Part shown: in pieces, positions 21,189 through 32,454 of the stretch
Layout: each line of letters opens with the position of its first letter
How positions within the stretch are numbered: the stretch's first letter is position 1
Source: Chrysochromulina tobinii
Lineage: Eukaryota
DNA: 35,113 nucleotides
Assembly (NCBI GenBank): GCA_001275005.1
Contig: JWZX01003250.1
Span: 1-35,113, forward strand
Direction of reading: 5' to 3'
Program-made: the position numbers and the translations under genes
Notes under the pieces: generated by a model
The model's database searches: none
The model's input: only the letters and a program-made list of their open reading frames with translations
Told to the model about the DNA's origin: nothing

Positions 21189-21741
21189 GAGCGGGCTGCA
21201 GGGGAGCGTTGCGCCGTCGTGGGCGCGAGGATCCCTGATATGCCATGCGATGCGTGGGTACGGAGCACGCACGCTCGACACGGCGCTTGGCGGCTTTCGG
21301 CTCCGAGAGAGGGTGGCGCTCGCCACGGCGCTTTGAGGCTCTTCGAGAGAGGATGTGATGCAGTGGGACGCTTTCGAGTCTTGCGCAAGATGAAGGCGGC
21401 TCGGAGGTCAGGACTGCCACGGTGTCGATTCCGTCGGTGTGATGAGATGCGTTTGCGCGATTGCGGCTGGTGGCGGGCCGGTCACGGGTCACGTGCGCGG
21501 TCGGGTGCTGTGGGGACCGTGCGTCCTGTGCACGTCTGTGCGTGTGGTGTATCGTATGCCACGCCCACGACCATCCTCGAATCCGTCGTTTCTCGTTACA
21601 TAGCGCCATCCAGGCCGCCATGACGTTGAAACCCGAAATCCTGTACCTTTTCACAACACATTATTCCGGAGCTCCGACCTCCGTCACGATTCCGTTCCGA
21701 GTCGCAGAGGAGGAGCAAACGAATTACAAATAGCGGCTCAA

Positions 21742-24733
21742 TCACCTGGTCTGCATCCGATCTCCTATGGCTGCCGCATCACCTCCCGATATTCTGTGAT
21801 GGCTTTCAGGGGCTGGTGCGCTGGTCCTGTAGCCCGTGCAGCGGTTTCTCGAGGAGCACACGTCCCAGCCTTGAAGTGCACAGGCGGTCGTGGCGTCAGC
21901 CAGGGCCTGCTTTAGACCTAAAGCGGCGTCAATGCAAGCAGGGCAGGGCTCGATGATCAGGCCGTCAACGACCTTGGCGAAGAAAGCGAATGATCCACGT
22001 GAGATTCCACCCCCCGCGCTCCTCTCAGCCGACGACGCCACGCACCTGGAGCTTGGGCAACGGCTCGAGTCGATGGGCCGGCGCTCGCGACGGCGCTCGC
22101 GCCACGTCGTCTTCCACAGACGCTGCCACAGTGGGCGCGACTCGCCCCAAGGTGGACGGCGTATGGATGGCCGAGACGGGCGCCGAGACGGGCGCGTACC
22201 CATGCCCGAAGCCTAAACCGAAGCCCTTCGCGCCAAATCCCAGGCCCGTGCCCGGGACAGCGCCAAATCCCAGGCCCGTGCCCGGCGCTGTCGCCGCCAT
22301 CGCCGCCGACGCCGGCGTCGCCGCCAGCGTCGTCGCGGGCGGCGCCTTCGGATGGCAGTGGCCGTCCGCGTCAAGGTACGCGCAGTCCTTGGCTGGTAGC
22401 CGGTAGTGGTCGTGCGTATCGTTGACGACCTTCTCCAGCCAGGCCGCCTCGTACACAGGCGCCGTCTTGGTGCAGCCGCAGAGCAAGTCGGCGGGCTCTT
22501 CGGCGGCCGTGCTCCCATCTTGTAAGGTGACCATCAGCTTCATCCAGAGCGCCGTCCAGCGCGCCGTGGCCTCGGCGGTAGCCTCGACGGCGAGCGCGCT
22601 GAGCACCGCCGCAACGCCCGCCACGTCGCCGGAGGCCCACTTAGCCGTTGCGTTCGCCTCGGCCGCTGCCACTAGAGGGGCGAGGTGCGCCTCGAGCTGC
22701 TCGCGTGCGCGTGTCACGAGCGGCCCCGCGCGGTTGTAGTCCTGGTACACGAGGCGAGCTACCGCCGAGTTGACCCAGAACGCACTGTGTGGCACGAGAA
22801 AGGCCATCGGCCATTGCTCATCGAAGGCGATCGGTGCTCATCCATGGCAATCAGTCGCAATCAGTCGCAATCAGGTGCTCATCCATGGCAATCAGTGACA
22901 AGAACACACGCACCTGTCCCACGAGAACGCCATCATCGAACCAGGCAGGCCATTGGCCACACGGCACGCGAGGCGTGCCGAGCAGTTGGCATCGTCGTAC
23001 GAGCGATGGACGGCGGACGCGCCGCCGTACAGAGGCACCTATTCGGGGCATTCATGTCCTCATGTCAAAGGGACTGCCAATCAATCTCAACACATGCCAA
23101 TCCATATCATGCATACCAATCAACACCAATTGCCAGTCAGGTCCAATTAAATCCAATCAAGTCCTAATCCAGTCCAATCAAGTCCAATCAAATCCAATCA
23201 AATCCAATCCAGTCCTAATCCAGTCCAATTAGGTCCAATCAAGTCCTAATCCAGTCCAATCAAGTCCAATCAAATCCAATCCAGTCCAATCCAGTCCTAA
23301 TCTAGTCCAATTAGGTCCAATCAGGTCCTATTTGACGCACCTTGGGCGCCCACGCGTGGTCATCAGCGCCCCACCAAAGCAGCGCTCGCAACGGCGCGGG
23401 CGTCGCGCGCCCTCGCACGGAGGCCACAAAATGCCACGCCGTGAACTGCGTACCCACGATGCGCTCATTGACGAAGCTCTGGTTCTTGAGCTGCCACGAG
23501 AGGCCGTTGTACCGGTAGGGCGTGTGCTCCGGCCCGGCGGTCACGTCAAGCGCCGGATCGAGCCAGCTGCCCTCGTACTTGGATGAGAGGGCTGCATGCA
23601 CGTCCGCCCGCGTGAGCCCGCGTTTTGGGCGTACCTGTGGGGAACCGGCGCCGTGGTGGGCACTTGCATGCTGGGCGCTCTGCCGGTCGTACACGTACCC
23701 AGAGCGGCATCCGTCGCGTCAGATTGAAGCCCTGGGCGTACCTGTGGGGAGAGGGTGGGGAGAGGGCGCCGTGGTGGGCGCTTGCATGCTGGCATCCGTC
23801 GCGTCAGATTGAAGCCCTGGGCGGCTCACGGCAGGTAATACTCCGCATCGAAGTCGGTTGGCTCCGCCAGCTGCTGGAAGATGTACCAGACGCGAGCCTC
23901 GCAGAAGCGCGCGCCCGTGGGTGTGACCGGATCGTACCTGCAATCCATGGATCAGGGATGTCATCAGGGATGTCATCAGACCGTCAGAGATCTATTGTAG
24001 GTAAACCGCGGCAATCCGCGTACACGTCCGAGAAGGAGAAGGCGGGATCCGTCGGCGACCCCTTCCACAAGCCACGCGCGATCGCGAAGGTGGTCACGTC
24101 GGGCGCCATCATGCACGTGGACGCGTCATCGCAGGGCAGGAAGGCGGAGATGCGAGCCTGGTTCGCGTTGGCGGTGAAGTAGCCCTCGGGCACACGGAGG
24201 GCGACGTAGAGGATCCCCTTGCCGTAGTCACCCTTGCCCAGAAGCTCCATGTACCAGCACTCATCCCCGTCGGAGATCGAGAAGCCCTCCATAGTGGAGT
24301 GGTAGCCGTACGCCTCGCACAGCTCCGCCATGACCGTGATCGCCTCGCGCGCCGTGCGAGCGCGCTGGAGCGTCGTCATGATCAAGCTTCCGTAGTCGAG
24401 AATGGTGCCCTTGCCCGCCGCGAGGCTCCCGATGCCTCCGTGCGTCGTCTCGGCGATGACAACGCCATGTTCGTTGCCATGCGACATCACGTTGTACGTG
24501 TGGTTGGGCTGCGGGATGACGCCGTTCAGAGTCCCTCTTTCAAAGTCCCAGATCTCGCGGACGTCGCCGGGCGAGTGGTCTTGTGCGGGAAAGTGCGTGA
24601 CAAGGCCGTGGCGCTTGGCCGAGTCATCGTTGTCGCCGACGAGTGCCGTGCCGTCGGCGGACGCGCCTCGCGTTACGAGGATGTTCGAGCAGGCGCGAAG
24701 GCACACAGGAAGGAGGAGGAGACGAAGACGCAT
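21742..24733 (-). CDS. Peptidase family C69 (dipeptidase A/secernin-like Ntn hydrolase), secreted; 7 exons
   Basis: Signal peptide then CSNILV (N-terminal Cys nucleophile), ASADG, NEHGVVIAETT, LQRARTAREAI, ANQARI, FCEARVW, AFWV. Exons 24733-24024, 23937-23830, 23741-23699, 23634-23341, 23038-22914, 22784-22046 and 21972-21742 are all phase-consistent. The last exon is less certain; the alternative stop is at 22025. Confidence 0.85.
23060..23330. repeat. (CAATC/CCAAT)n degenerate microsatellite inside intron 4 (23039-23340) of the C69 gene
   Basis: Visible array ccagtccaatcaagtccaatcaaatccaat repeated several times. Confidence 0.9.
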
Positions 24734-24931
24734 TTCAGATCGAGTGTGCTGTGAACGATTCGTCTGTGAACATATGAAAGAATTAACTCGCGACACAAGT
24801 GCTCCCTCTCAATGGACGTGCGCGCGCGCGTCTGTCAAGCCGTTCTGGCGAGGCCGTGCCGTCTCTGGACGCACCACTGACGAACCACTGACGAGGCTGT
24901 CTGACCTACTGTCGTCCTGTCGTCCTGTCGA

Positions 24932-26624
24932 TCATGAGCCGAAGCGGCTCAAAGGATCATGGCTGGCCTCCTCCTCGTTGGCCGGCCCCGCGCGCTGCTT
25001 GATGCGCTTCTGGCGCTCCTCGAGCTCCTCCTGCCTCTTGAGCCGCTTCTCGTCCATGATGTTCGACTGCTTCTTCGCGAGCTTGCGCGAGATCTTCGAT
25101 CGGCCGCGCGTCTTCTTCTTCGACTTCTTCTGGCTCTGGATCTCGGCGAGTCGCTCCTCTCGCGCGGCCTGGAACTCCTTCTGGCGCTCCGTCTGCTGCC
25201 GATCGACCGTGTTCAGCCTCGTCGGGTCCATTTGAATCGTCGCCGGGGGCAGCTTGTCGAGCAGGCTATGCACTTCGCCCTCACGCCGCTGCTTGCGGTT
25301 CTCGTAAGGATTCGCCTCGAAGGAGTCAAAGTTAGGCTCGCCCGCGCCCGGGGCGAGCATCGAGCTGAAGCCCCTCGAGTGTCCTATGCCCAGTACATCT
25401 TCATACGGGCAGAAGCGCTCCGTCGCCGCCGCACAGCCGGGCAAAAGGTGGGTCAGATATGGCCCGTTCGTGCGCTTGGAGAGCCCATCCTTGAAAACCT
25501 GCACGAAAGGGCCGTGGTGATGAGGAAGGCAATCAGCATGCACTCAGAGGCCATCATCGTAATCAGCATGCACTCAGCATGCACTCAGCATGCAATCAGC
25601 ATGCAATCAGCATGCAATCAGCATGCACACTCACCTGCACGGAGGGGCCGTGGACGGCGGCGAGCATCCCGCGATCTGAAATGTCCAGATCGCTCACTGG
25701 GCGAGGCGTGTAGTACTCATGCAGCGGCCGGTACGTCCGAATATCCCACAGCTTGAGCGCGCCGTCGCGCCCCGCCGTCGCCATGTACCGGCCACTCCGG
25801 TCGATTGCGAGCGCACTCACGCCGCCCTTGTGGCAGAGCATCTTGACCGCCGGCTCGCTCAGATTGGGCGTCCACATGGTCACGACCCCGTTGCGGTGCC
25901 CGAGCGCCACGAGAGCGTTCCACGGGTTCAGCCGCATGCAGTCGCACACTCCCAGACGGGTCGGCAAGTCCGCAACGTGCGCGCCCGTCGACACATCCAT
26001 GTACCGTAACCGCCCGGCCGATCCGATCGTCGTGAGAAGCCAATGGTAGCGCAGGAAGCCGAGGCGATGGACCTCGGGTCCATGGTCGCGGAGGCAGTGC
26101 AGCTCGGTCCCCATCCCATCGTAGATGTACAAGTTCTTATGCTGCGCCGCAGCGAACATGGTGTGGTCTCTCAAGAAGCAGACGTCTCGCACCGTCTCCC
26201 TCACATGCAGCTCACGTGTGATCTTGCACCCCTCCCAGTCGACGAGCGCGATGTGGCCCTTGTGCCCGCCCAGCAGCAGGTGGCGCCCATTTGCGGTGTA
26301 CGTCGCACGGTACGGCCCAAAGCGATCGAGCTTCATGTCGTATGCCTTTCTCTGCGTTTGCTGATCCGCGGCTTGCGCAATGGCACGCTGCGAGATCCGC
26401 GCCGTGCGCTCCATCTCTCCTTCGGTCTCAAGCATGCCCGGCTCAGATGGAAGCAGCAGCTCCGATTGCGCCGCGCTTCGCGCAGCTTGTGCCATCTTCT
26501 TCTCGTCGCGCTTGATTGCCAACTTTAGCCGATGCTTCACCACGCCCTTGGACTTGTTGGCCTGCCCACGCTCATACTTCTTGACGGCAGAAGGTTCGGT
26601 GTTGCCGCGGTTGCGCTTTCCCAT
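24932..26624 (-). CDS. UTP7: U3 snoRNA-associated protein 7 / WDR46 (BING4), WD40 + BING4CT; 2 exons (26624-25635, 25498-24932)
   Basis: ELLLPSEPGMLETEGEMERT, GPYRATYTANGRHLLLGGHKGH, FLRYHWLL, LGHRNGVVTMWTP, FCPYEDVLGIGHS.GFSS...PGAGEPNFDSFEANPYEN.KQRREGEV..LLDKL. Phase-0 intron at 25634-25499. Confidence 0.93.
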
Positions 26625-26925
26625 TTCAAGAGTAGCACTATCGGAGTGCCTACGTTAGGACGCTCACCGGCTCGTCCGTCGCAAAACGCTGTGGCGACGT
26701 CTCCGTCCGAGCCCCGAAGCGCCGTCTCGGGCGTTCAGTTTCCGCAAAGTCTTTTTTTGAATTGACGTGCGACTCACCAGCGTCACAGGAAAGTACACAC
26801 CGAGCAGAGATAGTGCAGCCTCGCTCAGAGTTCCCCGGGGTGTAGCCCGGGGTCGGGTGTTTTGACAGCCTCGCCCGCGTCGCCCCGAGCCGTGCCCGAG
26901 CCGACGCGGACACGTGGCGAATCTC

Positions 26926-28985
26926 CTAATCGTCAGAATCAGATGCCAGAAAGTTCATGGGGTCCAAATCAGGCTCGTTCCAGCCTTCTCCCACAGGCCC
27001 TCGTGACGATGGGCGAGGCGTGGTTTGCTTCGAGGCCATACGAGCTGCCCGAAAGGATTCCCCATCAGCCCGGGACGACGCCCGAACCGATTCCCCATCA
27101 GCAGCCCGCGCCGTGGCGCGACCGCGGCCAGCCCCGCGACCTCGAGCGGGCGCCGTCCCGGGCGTCGTCCTCGTCGCGCCGCCGCGTCGAAGCGAGCGTC
27201 CGCCGGCGCTCGTGGAGCCGCCTCCATCCTTGGCACCGCCGCCGCCGCCGCGCCGCGCGCCCGTGGTGATCTCGGCGATCTCGCCGCCCTTCGATCATCA
27301 TCTGGTGCAACGGCACGCCCAACGCTTTAGCAAGTTTCGTCACGACGAATGCCTTATTCTGCGGCACGACCGAGAGCACGGTGCCCGGCGCGCCCGCGCG
27401 CCCGCACCGGCCGGCGCGGTGGACGTAGTGGCTCACGTCGGTCGGAAGTTCGAGGTTGACGACGTGGGTGAGTCCAGGCAGGTCGAGCCCTCGAGCCCCC
27501 ATCTCGGTCGTCACAGCCATCCGACACCGGCCGTCGAGGAGCTTCCGCATCACCTCCACTCGCTCCTCACGCTCTTGGTCGCCGTAGAGAGGCTCGGCGG
27601 GGATCCCATACGAATCCCACAGCTTCTCACACACGATCTTGACGCGGTGCGGCGAGTTGACGAATAGCAAGCACTTTGGGGCCGGCTGGCTGTGGTACAG
27701 CGACTTCATCGTCTCGAGCACCTGATGAGGGAGGCTCTCAGACTCAATCATTGGCACTCAGACTCAATCAGAGGCCATCAGAGGCAATCCTCGTCCGAAG
27801 CCTGATGAGGAAGGCAATCAGAGGCAATCAGAGGCAATCATTGGCACTCAGACTCAATCATAGGCAATCAGAGGCAATCATTGGCACCCGGACTCAATCA
27901 GAGGCCATCGGAGGCAATCCTCGTCCGAAACCTGATGAAGGAGGCAATCATCTGCACTCAGAGGCCATCATCGTCTCGAGCACACCTTGCGCTCCTCGAC
28001 GACGCACAGGCCGTGGGTGATGAGGAAGGCAATCAGCATGCACGCAGCATGTAATCAGCATGCACTCAGCACACACCTTGCGCTCCTCGACGACGCACAG
28101 GCCGTGGGTGATACCCTCGGGCAGCTGGGCCGCAGCGTCACTTGCGACGCCCGCGGCCGGGAGCAGACGTACGAGCATCGGCTTGCGCAGCAGCTGCGTG
28201 GCCGCGCGCCGCACCGCCGCCGTGTCCGCCGTCGCCGACGCAAAGATGAGTTGCAGAGGACGTCCGTCTTGCGCGGACTCGATCAGGCGAAGGGTAGGAT
28301 CCAGATGCGGAGGGCGGAGGGCGTCGTCGACCTCGTCGATCACGATGTGGCGCACGCGCTGAAGCTTGAGCTTCTGCCACTCGAAGGCGAGGTCATTCAC
28401 GCGGCCGGGCGTGCCCACGATCAGCTGGGGCCGATTCTTCTTGATCTTCTCGAGCTGGTTGTTGGGGTTGGCGCCTCCGACCACAGCCGCCACGCCCAGC
28501 CCGGTGCCCGCGAGCGCGAGCTCGGCCACGCGCGCAATCTGAAAGGCGAGCTCGCGCGACTGGCACAGCACAAGCGCCTGCGGCTCGCGGCTCGACGCGT
28601 CGAGCAACTCAAACAGCGGCAGCAAGAAGGCGAGCGTCTTGCCTGAGCCCGTCCACGCGTGGATGATGGCATCGCGGCCGGACGAGATCGGCCCAAAGGT
28701 GGCGCGCTGCAGCGCGTTGGGCGCCGTGATGTTGGCCGCGGCCAGATTGGCAGCCACGCCCGGCACCGACACGCCGAGCGCCTCGAAGCTCATCGCGCCC
28801 TCCGTTCGAGCCGCGTCTGTCCGCACCTCGAGCCGCTCCATGTCGCCAGAAGGCGCGTCCTCTGCGAGCGGTGCGACGGCCCGGGGAGAAGCGTGCCGTG
28901 CAGCCTGCGCGTGCGACGGCGTTTGTCCAAGGCGTAGGGCAGAGGCGGACGCGACAAGTAAGACCAGCGAGTGGACGAAGAGCAT
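26926..28985 (-). CDS. DEAD-box RNA helicase (DEVD variant) with signal/transit peptide, probably organellar; exons 28985-28077 and 27721-26926 with a 1-nt frame break near 27288
   Basis: Q motif PNALQ, AWTGSGKT, SRELAFQ, TPGR, DEVD, SAT, ARGLD, YVHRAGRCGRAG. Leader MLFVHSLVLLVASASAL. As assembled the frame ends at 27098; removing one G at 27287-27289 gives EGGEIAEIT.. open to a TAG at 26926. Confidence 0.88.
27722..28076 (-). other. Composite 355-nt intron containing copies of both flanking exon ends and three CCTCATCAG-type acceptor cassettes
   Basis: 27986-28021 is identical to exon 28077-28112 (36 nt). 27968-27983 is identical to exon 27706-27721 (16 nt). Cassettes sit at 27722, 27802 and 27932. 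Confidence 0.85.
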
Positions 28986-29327
28986 TGTCATCAACTCCAC
29001 GTTCGAGAGTCGTTCGAGCCATGTTTCCGAGCTCGCATCTCGAGAAATCCAACGAGACTCAATGCCGTTAAAGTTATCTCGGCGTTCACGTCCGTAACCA
29101 CGAGCGGACGATTCTTTCCTGCGCGGCCGACAGTGCCGCTGGCCGGGCCGCTTTGCAAAGCGAGAGTGCGTCCACGACCATCGATCGACTCGGAGAAGAC
29201 GGCGAGCCTCCACGCCGAGAGGAGCGAGTGCCGCCGCAGCGTCCAACTGCCAGCGACGCCGCACGCTCCAGCCACTGAACCCCAGCACGATGCAGCCGCG
29301 CGCCGCACTCTCCATGGCATAGGCACG

Positions 29328-31219
29328 ATGCTCAGCGACTCGCTCCGCGCTTCGTCGACGTGGCGCTGGCGGCCTGAGAACACAGGCGAAGCCAGCGCGA
29401 CCGTGCCTCTCGCGTGGCTCCAGTCCATCGAGGCGGGCGTGCGCCTGCTCCAGTCCGCCGCAGCACGTGAGAACGAGCTCCAAGTGCAGCTCGCCCAACT
29501 GCGCTTGCGCGCGAACGCGGCGGACGAGGAGCTTGCGCGACGGCAGGCCCAGCTGCACGCGCTCGAGGACGAGCTGGGCTTCGCGGAGGCGCGCGAGGCG
29601 TCCCTGTGTGAACGGCTGCTGCGGGAGGCCGAGGGCAGCGGCATGCGCGTGGGCGCCCATCGCGGCGCTCCCCCTCTCGAGGTGCTGATTCTTCACGAGG
29701 AGGCGGGCGCCGAGGCGGCGGCCGACGAGGACGACCGTGAGTACGACGAGGAGCGCGAGGTGGTACTGGAGGATCACGACGATGAGGAAGAGGCCGACAC
29801 GGACGAGGGAGCGGAGGCAGCGAGCAGCGGAGGCGTCGAGTAGGCGCCTTGCGAGCCTTGCGAGCCTGACGGCGCCTGATTGCCTCGGATGGTCCCTTGA
29901 TCGCGCCTCTGATTGCCTTCCTCATCAGGTACGAGCCCTACGAGCCTTTCTCTGCCGTCTCGCCCGTATCGGTCGGGGGGGATGAAGAGGCGACCATGGC
30001 TTACAAGGCAATCGAGCCGAGCGGGCACGCTGTTCATGGGGGCGGCGACGCGAGCGGCGGCGGCGGCCGCTGCGCCGGAGGAGGAGGAGGAGGAGGAGGC
30101 AGAGGAGGAGGCGGCGGCGCAGGAGGTGGCGGCGGCGACGGCGGCGGCGGAGGGGCCGCCGCAGCGGCGGCGCGATGGCAGCACGGTGGATGGCTGCACG
30201 GCCTAGCGCGCTTCACCGGCCTTGCTGAGGAGGCAAGCAGCGGCAGCGGACGAGGCCATCTGACGCAGGCGCAGCAGCCGACGACGTCGCAGCTCGCCTC
30301 ACCCGGCGCTGCGGGCACGCGCGGGCCAGGGCGCCATGGTGGGCGCATGCCGGAGGGTCCTCCCTGGACGCCCGGTACGACGCCTGGTACGCGGGTGACG
30401 GCGTACGTCCTCGTGCCCGACCTGAGCGCCGCCGAGGCTGGTTCGCTCTGCACGGAGCTGCGTCGCGCTGACCATTCCCTGAGCCTTCGACAACCAGAGG
30501 GAGCGTGGGAGGGCCGTCTGCTCGTCGAGGAGGTGCGATCTCTATTGATCTCCCTTGATTGCCTCTGATGGCGCTCCACCGCGAGGAGGAGCTCGTCGAG
30601 GAGGTGCGATCTCCCTGGACGATCTCGCTGAATGGTTTCTGATTTGCCTCTCTGACTGCCACTCTGGTTGCCTCCACACTCTGGTTGCCTCCCCCTCCTG
30701 ATTGCCTCCCCACTCTGGTTGCCTCCCACTCCGGATTGCCTCCCTCCGCAGGCGACTGAGGCGCAGCTGCGGCGGCTCGTTGAGCATGGGCGCGTCGCCG
30801 GGATCGAGACGCGCCGTCTTGAGCACCATGGGGTGAGCACGGCTACGCCCGTGCCAATGAGACGGCTCGACGCCGCCGCCCACGACGACGCTCATGACGA
30901 CGGGCTGTCCACCAGCCCAAGCCGACCAACAAGACGAAGCCCGCTCGAGGTAGTGTTGCGCAGCGCGTTTGGCTCGTCGGGCGCCGTTTCGGGCGCTGGC
31001 GTCGTGTCGGGCGAGCGCTCCTGCTCCCCGTTCACGGCCGTATTGGCGGCCGACGCACCCGTAGACGCGGCGCACGAGGAGGCGCAGGTGCAGCAGCTGA
31101 GCCAGCAGCGAGCGGTCGCTGCGGAGGCGGCGTACGCCTCTGGACAAGGTGCCGCGATGGCGCTCTTCGGCATGCTCAGAGGTGCGGGGGTGGGCGTACA
31201 AGTGGCGGGAAGCGAGTAG
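29328..31219 (+). CDS. Hypothetical coiled-coil/acidic/Gly-rich protein; 3 exons (29328-29839, 29929-30532, 30752-31219)
   Basis: Three annotated ORF frames are joined in phase by GT-AG introns at 29840-29928 (ending gattgccttcctcatcag) and 30533-30751. Confidence 0.65.
29911..29928 (+). repeat. Shared intron 3' cassette GATTGCCTTCCTCATCAG (introner-like acceptor module)
   Basis: Exact or near-exact copies on the coding strand of four genes: + 29911; - 27722, 27802, 27932, 33463, 33588, 34159, 34606; and lacking the last G at 25518 and 28018. Confidence 0.85.
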
Positions 31220-31572
31220 ACGAGGTAGAATGGACCAGATCCGGCGGGCTTACGGCTTAGAGATCAGCATTGGAGATCAGCTCAAACACATATTAATAGT
31301 TTTAAGCGAAATAAGCCATGACCCACGCAGGGCGATTTTCTACGTTTTCACTGAATACCGCTCGCTGGCTCGCGCAGAACCGCAGTCGCAGCGCGCGCCG
31401 AGCACATCACACATGAGATCCAAGAGCAAAAGGCTTGGAATTATTCGCGCATCATCACCGATCCCGGCAAAATACTGCGTCAAAAAGTGCGTGTAATTCC
31501 TAATTAGCGAGAGATGTGCATCTCACGCACCCGCGCCGTTGCCTACAGGGCATAACTCACCTCACTCGCACG

Positions 31573-32346
31573 ATGGTCAAGGTCACGATGGAGCAGAGGA
31601 AGGCGGCAATTGCAGAGAAGGCGAAGGCGGATAAGGCGGCAAAGTATAAGGCCTTTGCAGACGCAAGCAAGGAGTGCGAGGCAATTCTCAACCATCCAGC
31701 TACCATGGCGGACACTCAAGCGTACATTGAGATGCAGAAGAAAATAGAGAAGGAATCGGCAAGAGCCGAAGAGTTCGAGCTTTTCAAGCTGCGTCTGCAG
31801 AGTGGCGTCTACCCGTACGCCGAGTGGGAGACTGAAGAGGGAAATTATGTGGGTGCGTGCTGCGTAGAGAAGTGGCCATTCTCCGTTCTTCCGTTCTTCA
31901 GCGATCTGCAGTGCTGCAAGCCGGAGTACGTTTGCCACATGAAGCCCTGCTGCTCGTGCAAGTGCAACTGCTGCAAAGATTGCTGCAAGTGCGAGGGCCC
32001 CAGCTGCTACAAGCCCTACGGTTGTGAGCTCCTCGGCCTGCATGTCCACTGCGCAAAGTATCCAGCGTGCCTGTCGGTGAGTGCTGCATCGCAGCACTTT
32101 CGCTCTCCATGATCATGCACCGAGCCCATACGAGCCCAGCGCTGTCCCTGACAAGCACGCTCAGTCAGAGCGCCTTGCCCCTATCCGGATAGCTCAGTAC
32201 TCAGAAATTCCCCTGCTTACATGTACTGATTTGCACCTTGGTGTTGTTCACAGTGCTGCTGCACGGCCGAGGTGATGGTAGACAAGGTCATCTATAAGGC
32301 GACCAACATGAACGTACCAACATCTGCTAAAATTGATCGTGAGTAA
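31573..32346 (+). CDS. Cys-rich small protein with an N-terminal charged helix; 2 exons (31573-32076, 32254-32346)
   Basis: TCG|gtgagt..ttcacag|TGCTGCTGC phase-0 intron. Cys cluster CCKP..CHMKPCCSCKCNCCKDCCKC..C..C..C..C-S-CCC, ending KIDRE*. Confidence 0.7.
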
Positions 32347-32454
32347 AGGACCAAGTTCATGCCAGCCATTCACCGTGCTCGTTCTCGCGGCGAACTTGCT
32401 CTGGTTGGAAGGCTGCCCCCCTCCCCGGCGATGGTGTGTACCATACCGTAAAGC

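Noticed and set aside
23060..23330. CRISPR array or Q/S/N-rich ORF
   Set aside because: A degenerate 5-nt microsatellite within an intron with no unique spacers and no cas genes; the context is eukaryotic.
27280..27295. Programmed frameshift at the end of the DEAD-box helicase
   Set aside because: A single extra G in a short homopolymer with no slippery heptamer; most simply a sequencing/assembly error.
27948..29777. 609-aa ORF as one protein
   Set aside because: The N-terminal ~260 aa are antisense read-through of the plus-strand gene. The real start is the signal peptide at 28985/28991, and the tail runs into the intron.
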